A DNA stretch of 64,000 nt from an uncultured delta proteobacterium (GTDB lineage Bacteria > Myxococcota_A > Polyangia > Polyangiales > Polyangiaceae): NCBI GenBank assembly GCA_963841435.1, contig CAWJCS010000002.1:160001-224000 (forward strand). The letters run 5' to 3'. The notes under the pieces were generated by a model. It saw only the letters and a list, made by a program, of their open reading frames with translations. It was not told where the DNA came from and searched no databases. Shown here one piece after another: positions 22,303 through 31,507 of this stretch; position 1 is the first letter of the stretch; each line of letters begins with the position of its first letter. The position numbers and the translations under genes are program-made.

Positions 22303-22318
22303 AGCATCGGGCGTGCCA
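22303..22318 (-). promoter_or_regulatory. Sigma-54 (-24/-12) promoter for the response regulator
   Basis: Minus strand TGGCACGCCCGATGCT fits TGGCAC-N5-TTGCW with exact GG-N10-GC spacing, 14 nt from ATG 22289. Confidence 0.7.
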
Positions 22319-22454
22319 TCGTCTGTTCGGCGAGGACCCGCGCCAAACCCGCTGCATTTTCCACGGTCGCCCCGGACTGTGGCGGCGCCTCGTGCGACAT
22401 GTCGCAGTCCGACTCGCTTGCCGAGGCCCCGGCCGAGGTGGGAAAATCCAGAAA

Positions 22455-23807
22455 GTGACGGCGTCGGTCCTGCTTTTCGACCCCGAGGGGCTCGTTTCCG
22501 GTGCCATCGAGGCCGCCCTCGCGCAGGCTTTCCGGACCGAGCGGCGCCGTGATCTCGCGGGGGTGGACGTGCGCTCCTTCGACGCCCTCGTCGTTCCCGA
22601 AACCCTCGTGCGCGAGCTACCGGCGGCGCTTTCGGACGACGCGCGGCTCATCGTCGTCGGAGCGCAGCCATCCTTGCATGGCGTCGTTGCTGCGATCCGC
22701 GCCCAGGCACGCGACTTCGTGACCGACGAGCCCGACACAGTCGTGCGCGCCGTGGAGGGGGTGCTCGCGGCCGTCGATCTCGAGGCGCGCCTCTCGCGCC
22801 TGCGCCTCGGCATCCCGGTCCCCGCGTCCTTGCCCGAGCTCTTGGGTGAAAGCGACGCCATGGAGCGCTTGAGGCAGCGCATCCTGCGCATCGCCGCCTC
22901 GAGCGCGACCACGCTCATCAGCGGGCCGAGCGGCAGCGGAAGGGACCTGGTTGCGCAGGCGCTGCACGCCGCGGGGCCGCGCGCCAAGGGGCCCTTCGTT
23001 CCCGTGGCCTGCGGCGCCATCCCGCAAACGCTCGCGGAGAGCGAGTTCTTCGGGCACGTGCGTGGCGCCTTCACGGGTGCGATCGCTCATCGCGAGGGGC
23101 TGCTCATGGGCGCCTCGGGTGGCACGCTGTTTCTCGACGAGATCAGCGAGCTGCCGCTCGACTCGCAGGCCAAGCTCTTGCGCGCCCTACAGGAGCGCCG
23201 GAGCCGCCCGCTCGGTCAGACCGAGGAGGTTTTCTTCGATGCTCGCATCATCGCCACCACGAGCCGCGATCTGATGCGCGAGGTGCGCGCCGGTCGCTTC
23301 CGCGAGGACCTCTACTTCCGGCTCAACGTCGTGTCGGTGCGCATCCCGTCGCTCGCCGAACGCGGTTACGACGTCCTGCTGCTCGCGCAGCACTTCATCC
23401 GTCTCGCTTCGCGCCCGCGCGAGATCTGCCATGGCCTCACGCCAGCGGCGGCCCGCGCCCTGCTCGGGCACCCCTGGCCAGGCAACGTGCGGGAGCTCGA
23501 AAATTGCATGGTGGCGGCGCTCGCGGCGGCTCGCACCGACTACGTCACCTGGCTCGATTTGCCGAGCGGTCCCAAGCTCGAGCACGGCCCCGCGCCCGAG
23601 GCGACCGCGCTCGCGCCGCTCGAGGCGGTCGAGCGCTCCCACATTCTCGAGACCTTGCGCGCCGTCAACGGCAACCGCACCGTCGCCTCGCGCATCTTGA
23701 AGCTCGATCGCAAGACGCTCCAGCGTAAGCTCAAGCTCTACGCGCTGGAGTCCGCGGGCGAGCTGCCCGGCGCGCCGCGCGAGCCGCTCGACTCCGGCCC
23801 GGAGTAG
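22455..23807 (+). CDS. Sigma-54-dependent activator (bEBP) with degenerate receiver-like domain and variant Walker A
   Basis: GAFTGA, 'TLFLDEI', 'FREDLYFRLNV', 'WPGNVREL', Fis-type HTH; Walker A reads GPSGSGRD. Confidence 0.9.
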   Translation: MTASVLLFDPEGLVSGAIEAALAQAFRTERRRDLAGVDVRSFDALVVPETLVRELPAALSDDARLIVVGAQPSLHGVVAAIRAQARDFVTDEPDTVVRAVEGVLAAVDLEARLSRLRLGIPVPASLPELLGESDAMERLRQRILRIAASSATTLISGPSGSGRDLVAQALHAAGPRAKGPFVPVACGAIPQTLAESEFFGHVRGAFTGAIAHREGLLMGASGGTLFLDEISELPLDSQAKLLRALQERRSRPLGQTEEVFFDARIIATTSRDLMREVRAGRFREDLYFRLNVVSVRIPSLAERGYDVLLLAQHFIRLASRPREICHGLTPAAARALLGHPWPGNVRELENCMVAALAAARTDYVTWLDLPSGPKLEHGPAPEATALAPLEAVERSHILETLRAVNGNRTVASRILKLDRKTLQRKLKLYALESAGELPGAPREPLDSGPE

Positions 23808-23828
23808 CGCTCGAGCGCATGCGCCGCG

Positions 23829-25235
23829 CTAGTTGGACGGTTCGTCCAGCCCGTAGCGATGCAGCTTGCGGTACAGCGTAGCTCGGTTGATGCCGAGGAT
23901 GCGCGCGGCCTCGGCCTTGTTCCAGCAAAGCGCCTCGAGCACCGTGAGGATGTGGTGCCGCTCCACCTCCTCCATGCTGCGACCGTCGCGGCCGGGTCCG
24001 AGCCTGATGCGTTGCCTGAGGCCCGTCGGCAGCTCGTCGAACCCCACTTCGGGCGAGGTGGTGAGCGCGACGGCCGCCTCCATGGCGTTTTGCAGCTCGC
24101 GGACGTTGCCGGGCCAGCGGTGGCGCGCGAGCTGGCGCTCCGCTTCGACCGTGAGCCGATAGGGGGCGCCTTGAGCCGCGCTCGCGCGGGCCAAGAAATG
24201 ACGCGCGAGCTCCGTCACGTCGCCCTCGCGCTCACGCAGTGGCGGAAGCTCGATCGTGAGGACGTTCAGGCACAAAAAGAGGTCGTCGCGCATGCTGCCG
24301 GAGGCGATGGCCTGCTCGAGGTTGCGGTTGGTCGCGGCGATGATCCGGGCGTCGAAAGTCACCTCGTCGACCGAGCCTATGGGACGCAGGCGGCGCGTCT
24401 GCAACGCGCGCAGAAGCTTGGGCTGGAGCGTCGTCGGTAGGTCGCCGACCTCGTCGAGAAACAGCGTGCCGCCCTTGGCGCGCGCGAGGAGCCCAGCTCG
24501 GGCTTGGCTCGCACCCGTGAACGCGCCGCGCGCGTGCCCGAACAGCTCCGCCTCCAGGAGCTCTCCGGGAATGGCCGCCGAGCTCAAGGCGACGAACGGC
24601 CCTTTGCGGCCGCTGGCGCGGTGAACCGCGCGGGCGACGAGCTCCTTGCCGGTCCCGCTTTCTCCCGTGATGAGCACGGTCGCGTCGCTCGACGCCACTT
24701 GGACGACGCGCTCGGCGACCCGCTGCATGGCCTTGCTCGAGCCGACGACGCCCTCGAGCTCGTGACAGGTGTGCGTTCGCGACGTGGGCCGCACGACAAT
24801 CGAGCCGCGAGCGCCCCGCTCGAGGGCTCGCTCGAGTGCCTCGCCGAGCTGGGCGAGCGACAGCGGCTTCGTGAGAAAATCGAAGGCCCCGGCGCGCAGC
24901 GCACCGAGCGCTACGTCGGTATCGCCGAACGCGGTCATGACGACCACGGGTAGGTGCGGGCGATCCCCGGCGAGCCGCCGGCAGAACTCGACGCCGCCCA
25001 TACCGGGCATGCGCACGTCGGTCAGCACGGCGTCGAACTCGGTGCGTTCGATGCGCTGGAGAGCGCTCTCGCCGTCCGAAAGCCCCTCGGTGGCGTAGCC
25101 GAGGTCCCCGAGCGCGTCGGTTAGCGCGGCCCGGGTGTCGTCGTCGTCTTCGACAATCAGCAGGCGCCCGGGAGTCCGCGCGCGCCGTCGCCCGGGCTCG
25201 TCCGAAGACGAAGTCAGCTCCCGACTCGACGACAT
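23829..25235 (-). CDS. NtrC/AtoC-type sigma-54-dependent response regulator
   Basis: Receiver 'LIVEDD...VLTDVRMP...KP'; 'GESGTGKE', GAFTGA, 'FLDEV', 'WPGNVREL', HTH 'ARILGINRATLYRKL'. Confidence 0.95.
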   Translation of the reverse strand: MSSSRELTSSSDEPGRRRARTPGRLLIVEDDDDTRAALTDALGDLGYATEGLSDGESALQRIERTEFDAVLTDVRMPGMGGVEFCRRLAGDRPHLPVVVMTAFGDTDVALGALRAGAFDFLTKPLSLAQLGEALERALERGARGSIVVRPTSRTHTCHELEGVVGSSKAMQRVAERVVQVASSDATVLITGESGTGKELVARAVHRASGRKGPFVALSSAAIPGELLEAELFGHARGAFTGASQARAGLLARAKGGTLFLDEVGDLPTTLQPKLLRALQTRRLRPIGSVDEVTFDARIIAATNRNLEQAIASGSMRDDLFLCLNVLTIELPPLREREGDVTELARHFLARASAAQGAPYRLTVEAERQLARHRWPGNVRELQNAMEAAVALTTSPEVGFDELPTGLRQRIRLGPGRDGRSMEEVERHHILTVLEALCWNKAEAARILGINRATLYRKLHRYGLDEPSN

Positions 25236-25265
25236 GTTCGAAACATGTGGCGGTGCAGAGGCGGA

Positions 25266-25281
25266 TGCAAGCTCGAAGCCC
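25266..25281 (-). promoter_or_regulatory. Possible sigma-54 promoter upstream of the NtrC-type gene
   Basis: Minus strand GGGCTTCGAGCTTGCA: GG-N10-GC with a perfect TTGCA -12 but weak -24; about 30 nt upstream of ATG 25235. Confidence 0.35.
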
Positions 25282-25499
25282 CGCCTGGACGCAGGTTTTG
25301 AACGGGTTTTTGGCCCGGGCCGGCGTTCGGAAGCCCCCACTCATTCCAGATCACGCGAGAGGCCGTCGAGCGATCCGTCGGCGGACGGGACGGCACGCGA
25401 CTCGTTTCGGGCGCCGGCGCGGACGAGCGCTGATCCGGCCTGTCTCGCGCTCAGTCGTGGGACGGACGCGGCGCCGGCCGCGCTCGTGCCCTCCGCCGA

Positions 25500-26010
25500 C
25501 GCGCCCACGCTCCGACCATAATACGATATCAGATTCCATGTCTCGATTAGATAGTTCGAATCGAAATACGATATCTGGGGAGGCGACACCGCATGGCGCG
25601 CCGCCGCGCGGGGCGCCCCTTTTGAGTAGTTTCGCTGCCACTAAAACGCTTCAGGGCGGCGGACGGAGACGCCGCAGGAATGCAAATGGGCGGCGCAGAA
25701 ACGCGTTAGTCGCCGCCACTTCAGAAATATCGGCGTCGGTTTTGCCGATTCTCGATAAATCCTCCGGATGAGTGGGTTTGAACGATCAGTGGATTTCTGA
25801 GTCGAAAATGCGTCTTCACAGTGGAACAAATCGCTCTGAGTGTGATCCGGAGCGCCCCTTTTGCCCCCAAAATCCCGCAAACAAGGAATCCTACAACTCT
25901 ATAAAAACATTGAAAAAACGGCTGTCTGCCTGATTATCTATAGAGTGGTTATAGTCCATACGAGATCGGGTTCGCGGGCATCGCGCGCTTCCAACCTGGC
26001 CAACTGGTGA
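25500..26010. promoter_or_regulatory. AT-richer divergent regulatory region with direct and inverted repeats
   Basis: AATACGATATC at 25520 and 25565; ACTCTATA (25896) / TATAGAGT (25939) inverted pair; hairpin 25595-25617 followed by CCTTTT. Confidence 0.55.
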
Positions 26011-26014
26011 AACG

Positions 26015-27857
26015 ATGGACAAAACAGGGACAACTGGACTGCTGATCGCAACCCTGCTCGTTGCGGGCTGCTCCGGGAACATCGGGCCCAGCGAAGGCCC
26101 CGGTATGCCGGGTACCAACAACAACGGCACCGGCGCGAACGGCTCCGGCGGCTCCGGCGCGACGATGGGTTCCGGAGCCAGTGCCGGCACCGGCGCCGGC
26201 AACACTTCATCGGGCGGCTCGGGGGCCGGCGTGGGCTCCGGAGGCACGGCCGGCTCCGGACTCACCGGCTCGGGTGGCTCGAGCGGCATGCCGGTCAATT
26301 GCACGCCGGGTATCGCGCCCACTTCGCAGATCCCGCGCCTCACGAACTCCCAGTACGACCGAACGGTCCGCGACCTGCTCGGCGTGCAGGTGCTCATGTC
26401 CGGTGTGCTGCCGTCCGTGCTCCTTGCGACGGACCAGGAGGCCGGCCTCACGGACCTCGGCTGGAGCGCTTACCAGTCGGTCGCAGACATGATCGCCACG
26501 CAGGTCATGGCCGACCCGACGTTGAAGGCGAACTTCCTCAAGTGCACTCCCGCCGCGGGCGACGCCGGTGGCTGCTTGCACAACACGATCGTCGACTTCG
26601 GTCGCAAGGCGTTCCGCCGGCCGCTCACGCCGGACGAGGTCGCGCGTTTCGACGCCATCGTGGCGAACGGCGCCGCCATCACTCCGTCGGGTGCCCCGGA
26701 CGAGGTGGCCCGGGCCCTCCTCTATCTGTTCCTCGTCTCGCCCTCGTTCATCCAGCGCGCCGAGACGACCGAGGTGTCGGACGGTGCTGGGCACTACAGC
26801 CTGTCGCCGCAGGAAGTGGCTTCGCGCCTCTCCTACTTGCTGTGGGGCTCGACGCCCGACGACGCACTCAACCAGGCGGCCGACACGGGCCAGCTCTCGA
26901 CCTCGGAACAGATCTTCGCGCAGGCGGAGCGCATGCTCCAGGATCCCAGAGCGCACGAGATGGTGAACACCTTCCACCAGTACTACCTGTTCATGGGAGC
27001 GGGCAGCCACTGGAATTCGGCTCAGAAGGATCCGACCATCTACCCGAACTTCAGCAAGGATCTCGTGCCGGCGTTGTCGGAGGAGACGCTCCTCATGTTC
27101 GACGACATCGCCTTCGCCCCCGGTGCGACGTTCGCGGACTTCTTCCTGAGCCCGATCGCCTACGTCAACAAGGCCACGGCGCCGCTCTACGGGCTCGATC
27201 CGAACGCGTACGGCACCGACCTCACGCAGGTGACGCTGGATCCGAACACCAGGCCGGGCTTCCTCACGCGCGCCGGCTTCCTCAGCAACTTCGCCGGCTT
27301 CGTGCGCACGTCGCCCATCTTGCGTGGTGCTTTCATCACCAAGCAGGTGCTTGGCATCCACATCGATGCTCCTCCTCCCGGCGCCGAGCAAACGCCCCTG
27401 CCGACGGGCCCCGAGCTCGACACCACCCGCAAGATCTTCGACGCGCTCACGGCGGGTCCGGACTGCGCGGGCTGCCACCATGGGTACATCAACCCGCCCG
27501 GTTTCGTGATGGAGGCCTTCGACGCCGTCGGTGCCTTCCAGACGGTGGAGAGGGACACGCAGGTCCCCCTCGACATCACGGCCGACGTGACCATCACGGA
27601 CGGTGTGGATCCGGTTCACATCACGACCCCCGCGGAGCTCATGCAGGCGATCGCCACATCGCCCGGCGCCATGCGCCAGTACGCACAGAAGTGGGTCAGC
27701 TTCGCGTACGAGCGCGAGTCGGATCCCGTTCAACGCCTGCACGGTAGACAACCTCGCGGCCAAGATGACCGCAGGCGGCTACACCGTGCTCAACCTGATC
27801 ACCGATCTCACACAGACTCAATCGTTCCGAGTCCGAGCCGTAGAAGGTGTGCAATGA
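26015..27857 (+). CDS. DUF1592/DUF1588 (PSD/PSCyt-type) lipoprotein with one CxxCH; +1 frameshift at about 27726
   Basis: Lipobox VAGC, Gly-rich linker, 'PRLTNSQYDRTVRDLLG', 'FGRKAFRRPLT', 'ASRLSYLLWGSTPD', 'TSPILRGAFI', 'CAGCH...INPPGF'; true C-terminus in ORF 27603-27857. Confidence 0.88.
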
Positions 27858-29443
27858 ACTCGCTCAATCGAAGACTCTTTCTCAAAGGTGTGGCGGGCGC
27901 CGCGCTGGCGGCACCGTTCCTGCCCTCCCTTCACGAGAAATGGGCCAAGGCCCAGGGCGTCGCCGCCACCGCGCCGAAGCGCCTGGTCGTCTTCTACACG
28001 CACAACGGCTGCCTCACGAACCGCTGGTTCCCCAAGAAGGAGGACGGCGCGCTCACGGCGGCCGACCTCGCCGGCACGTACCTCGAGGTGCTCGCGCCGC
28101 ACGTCGACAAGCTGCTCATCCCGCGTGGCTTCCGGTCGCTCAACGAATACGCCCGGGGGCAGTCCATCGACCCGCACGACCAGGCGATGGGCTCGAAGCT
28201 CACCTGCGACGTGATCTCGACGGCCAGGGAGCGCTACGCGACGACGATGTCGCTCGACCACATCATCGCCAAGCAGATCAACCCCGGCGCCAAGACGCCA
28301 ATGGTGCTCGGCGTCGGTGCGGCCAGCACGAGCATCAAGGAAGTGCTCTCGTTCTCGGGTCCGGAGCAGGCCTACCCGGCCAACGTGAACCCGCAGACCG
28401 TGTACACCCAGCTCACGGGCGTGCTCGGCACGGGCGGCGGCCAGGATCCCGTGACTCCGGCCGACTACAAGGTCGCGCTGGGCAAGAGCGTCATCGATCT
28501 GGTGAGCGAAGACCTCAATACCTACAAGCGCCTCAACATGAGCTCGGCGGACCAGACGCGCATCGACAACTGGCTCTCCCTGCTTCGTGACACCGAGGTG
28601 GGCGTCAACGACCCCACGGTCGCCGGCGCCTGCACGCGCCTCGCGGCCGACATGCTCGGCGCGACGGACGCAGAGGTCGCGGCCGCGAGCCCGACGGGCA
28701 AGATCACGCCGGGCAACGTGCTCGGCCCCACGGGTACCCCCGAGGGCGACGCGAACCTCGCGACCTCCTTCACCAAGGGCACGGACATGATGCAGAACCT
28801 CATGGCTCTGAACATGATCTGTGACCAAAACCGCGTGCTGATGCTCGTGTTCCCGGGTTACGTCACGTTCAACTGGGACGACATCCACCACACGAAGGAG
28901 CACCACGGTCTCTCGCACCGCACGGGCGACTTCACGGTGGGTGGTAGCTGCTACCAGGGCGTGCTCGACATGATCGCCCAGATCGATACCTGGTACACCG
29001 GCAAGTACAACCGGCTCGTTACGCTGCTCAAGAGCATCGGTGAGGGCGACGCGACGCTACTCGACAACACGGCGACCATCTGGCTGCCGGAGCTGTCGGA
29101 CGGCGCGGCGCACAATCAGAACAACCTGCCCATCATCATGGCGGGCAGCATGGGCGGTTACTTCAAGCAGGGCGCCGTCGTGAACGTCGAGGGCAAGAAC
29201 GCCATCGGTGTCGGGTCGAGCGAGAGCTCCTGCCAGAGCGGCGGCACCATCGGCTTTACCGGCTCGAGCGGAGGCAACCTCCCCATCAACAAGCTCTACG
29301 TGACGCTCATGAACGCGCTCGGCTGCACGCAGGACGGCACCCCAGGCGGCCCCCCGGTCACCACGTTCGGTGCGTTCGACGGCACCAGCGCGAGCGGCGG
29401 CATCACCAATCCCGGTGAAGTCACCGCCATGAAGGCGACCTAG
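27854..29443 (+). CDS. DUF1552 (HXXSHH-type) Tat-exported protein
   Basis: ATGA overlap with the upstream stop; Tat motif 'LNRRLFLKG'; 'HHGLSH', 'TLLDNT...ELSDGAAH...LPIIMAG'. Confidence 0.88.
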   Translation: MNSLNRRLFLKGVAGAALAAPFLPSLHEKWAKAQGVAATAPKRLVVFYTHNGCLTNRWFPKKEDGALTAADLAGTYLEVLAPHVDKLLIPRGFRSLNEYARGQSIDPHDQAMGSKLTCDVISTARERYATTMSLDHIIAKQINPGAKTPMVLGVGAASTSIKEVLSFSGPEQAYPANVNPQTVYTQLTGVLGTGGGQDPVTPADYKVALGKSVIDLVSEDLNTYKRLNMSSADQTRIDNWLSLLRDTEVGVNDPTVAGACTRLAADMLGATDAEVAAASPTGKITPGNVLGPTGTPEGDANLATSFTKGTDMMQNLMALNMICDQNRVLMLVFPGYVTFNWDDIHHTKEHHGLSHRTGDFTVGGSCYQGVLDMIAQIDTWYTGKYNRLVTLLKSIGEGDATLLDNTATIWLPELSDGAAHNQNNLPIIMAGSMGGYFKQGAVVNVEGKNAIGVGSSESSCQSGGTIGFTGSSGGNLPINKLYVTLMNALGCTQDGTPGGPPVTTFGAFDGTSASGGITNPGEVTAMKAT

Positions 29444-29492
29444 CGCCGGCTCCGCCTGGCCAGGCTCGGGCGCCGCGCTTTCTGCTCGAGCC

Positions 29493-30428
29493 TCAGGTGG
29501 CGCCGCCCCGCGGTGCGGCGCCGAGGGTGCCGCTCAATTTCTGTACGGCCAGGCTGCCTGTGCTGTCACCGCCTCGCGCCGTTTCGAACGGCGACTCACC
29601 GCGGAGCCACGCTTCGGGCAGCGCGGCGTCGCTCAGCAAGAGGTGCATCACGGCCGTCAGATCGAGCGGCCGCATGTCGAGCTCGAAGAGCTCGGCGAGC
29701 CCGAGCTGCAGGCCCGCGCTGATCGCGTGGAAGGCGCGGATCGGCTCCATGTAGGAGTGCCCTCCCGAGCCCTCCGCGAGGAAGGCGGCGCGTGCCTCCG
29801 GGTCCCTCAGGCGCGTCGCGCACTCCGACGCATCGAGCGAGTTCATGCCGCGGCACGAGAGCGGTCGAGCCTCGTAGATGGAACAGCTCGCCGAGACCAG
29901 GAAGGGGCAGGGGTGCTCGGGGGAGAAGCGCTCCGTTGCCGACAGGCCGCGTGTCTCGTCGTGGCGCTTCGCGACGTGCGCGCGAAGCGCCGAGAGCTCC
30001 TCGCTGGTTCGCGTCCGCCCGAGGTGATCGAGGATGGCGAGGGCCTCCGGCGCGGTGACGCCGACGGACTGGTAGCAGCAGTGGTCGCACCCGGCCTTGC
30101 AGGCGACCGCGCCGCGCGGCGCCCGGGCGAGCAGTCCCTCGGCGAGCCGCGACGTGCCCGACATCGCGTTCCGAGCGAGCGCGACCGTCCCTTCGAGGCT
30201 ACGCTCGCCGTGCAGGATGGCGTACGCGGTGTTCGCTGCGGCCGCCGCCACCTCGTTCTGCCAGGCCTCCTGGAACAGCGGCGCCGTGAGCTCCACCAGC
30301 GCCTGCCCGCTTTTTGGGTCGCGGTGGAGCCTGAGGTGCAGCCGACCGCTCGCGTCGCGCTGAACGCCAGCGGTGCGGGGCAAGCGCTCTTTTGGGCTCC
30401 TTTGCCGTTTGTCGCGCCTTCGCTTCAC
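29493..30428 (-). CDS. YkgJ / CxxCxxCC family cysteine-cluster (putative Fe-S or Zn) protein
   Basis: 'CKAGCDHCC', 'CPFL...CSIYEARPLSCR'; GTG overlaps the upstream TGA. Confidence 0.85.
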   Translation of the reverse strand: MKRRRDKRQRSPKERLPRTAGVQRDASGRLHLRLHRDPKSGQALVELTAPLFQEAWQNEVAAAAANTAYAILHGERSLEGTVALARNAMSGTSRLAEGLLARAPRGAVACKAGCDHCCYQSVGVTAPEALAILDHLGRTRTSEELSALRAHVAKRHDETRGLSATERFSPEHPCPFLVSASCSIYEARPLSCRGMNSLDASECATRLRDPEARAAFLAEGSGGHSYMEPIRAFHAISAGLQLGLAELFELDMRPLDLTAVMHLLLSDAALPEAWLRGESPFETARGGDSTGSLAVQKLSGTLGAAPRGGAT

Positions 30429-30913
30429 GGGAGCCTCGGGATCGGCGGATGCCCACCGATCAGATAGAGCGGCAGGTGATCGCCCGGCTCGACGAAACGG
30501 GCGTCGATCTCGCGCTGTGCGGCTTCTTTCATGTGGTCGCACAGGCTCTTGTCGAGCGCGCAGGCTTGCGAGAAGACGGCCGCCTTTCCCTCGGGGTTCG
30601 GGTCGATGATGCCCCAGCGCACGAGGACGCGTGCCTCGAGCCGGGGATCGGAATCCGCGAGCCGGTCGAGCTCGGCTCGCATCATCGCGTGCACGGCATC
30701 GTAGTTGCCGAACGCCCAGACGGCGTTGGCCGCTGCCAAGGCGGGGGCGGCTTCGAGCGTCCGCTGCTCGGCCATGGAGAGCGCGGCGGTGGCCCGCTGG
30801 AAGATGCCTCGCTTCGCGTTCAGGTGCAGCTGACCCACGGTCAGGCCCACGGCTCCGGCAAGGGCAGGGCCGAGCCACCACGCGAGCCGATCGAGCGCGC
30901 GCCGGCGGTTCAC
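30425..30913 (-). CDS. Hypothetical membrane-anchored helical protein
   Basis: N-terminal TM 'LAWWLGPALAGAVGLTVG'; GTGA overlaps at both ends; 'QACALDKSLC'. Confidence 0.65.
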   Translation of the reverse strand: MNRRRALDRLAWWLGPALAGAVGLTVGQLHLNAKRGIFQRATAALSMAEQRTLEAAPALAAANAVWAFGNYDAVHAMMRAELDRLADSDPRLEARVLVRWGIIDPNPEGKAAVFSQACALDKSLCDHMKEAAQREIDARFVEPGDHLPLYLIGGHPPIPRLP

Positions 30914-31329
30914 GGGCGGCTCTGCCTTTCGAGCTGTTCGAGCGATGGGCGATCGCAACGCGACCAGTGCAGCTCGCGGCAGATCCCTTCGGCCTTGGTC
31001 CACTCGCTGTGCCCGCCACTCTCGAGCCCGCGCAGGGCAACGACGAGCTCGAACACGCGGGGGTCCAAGCGCGTCGAGCTCAGGCGTAGCGCCCGGACGT
31101 CGCCCCTCAGCAGGTCCCAGGCACCCTCGCTCGCCCCGAGGTGCTTCGCGCGGAGCGCGAAGCCCACGCGCGTCAGCGGCGTCGAGGTAGAGGGGCCGAG
31201 GAGCTCGACCGGCACGAGGCCCTGCGCGCCCACGAAGTACCCCACGAGGGCAGCTGCGCCGGAGACCGCGATGAGCGCCCTGAGCCCACGCGTCTCGCCT
31301 GCGCTCGCTTCGCTTTTCCCATCGGTCAT
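30910..31329 (-). CDS. Hypothetical membrane-anchored protein
   Basis: TM 'ALIAVSGAAALVGYFVGA'; C-terminal 'CRELHWSRC'; stop overlaps the next start. Confidence 0.6.
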   Translation of the reverse strand: MTDGKSEASAGETRGLRALIAVSGAAALVGYFVGAQGLVPVELLGPSTSTPLTRVGFALRAKHLGASEGAWDLLRGDVRALRLSSTRLDPRVFELVVALRGLESGGHSEWTKAEGICRELHWSRCDRPSLEQLERQSRP

Positions 31330-31507
31330 CGGTGCTTCGAGAGCCGCGCGGAGCGGCACGTTCGAACGTACCAAAGCTCGCTCTCCAGGCCACTCGCGGC
31401 GAAGCTGCTCGTGCGGGCGTCGCCGGTGGTCGCGCTCGCACCACGCTGCGGTTGGAGATTGACAGCCAACCTGCACGCGCGAGGCATTGCGCCCCGCTAT
31501 CGGTGCC

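Noticed and set aside
26015-29443. Single 1142-aa DUF1592-DUF1552 fusion protein
   Set aside because: A one-base frameshift explains it; an internal Tat signal and an ATGA overlap show two genes
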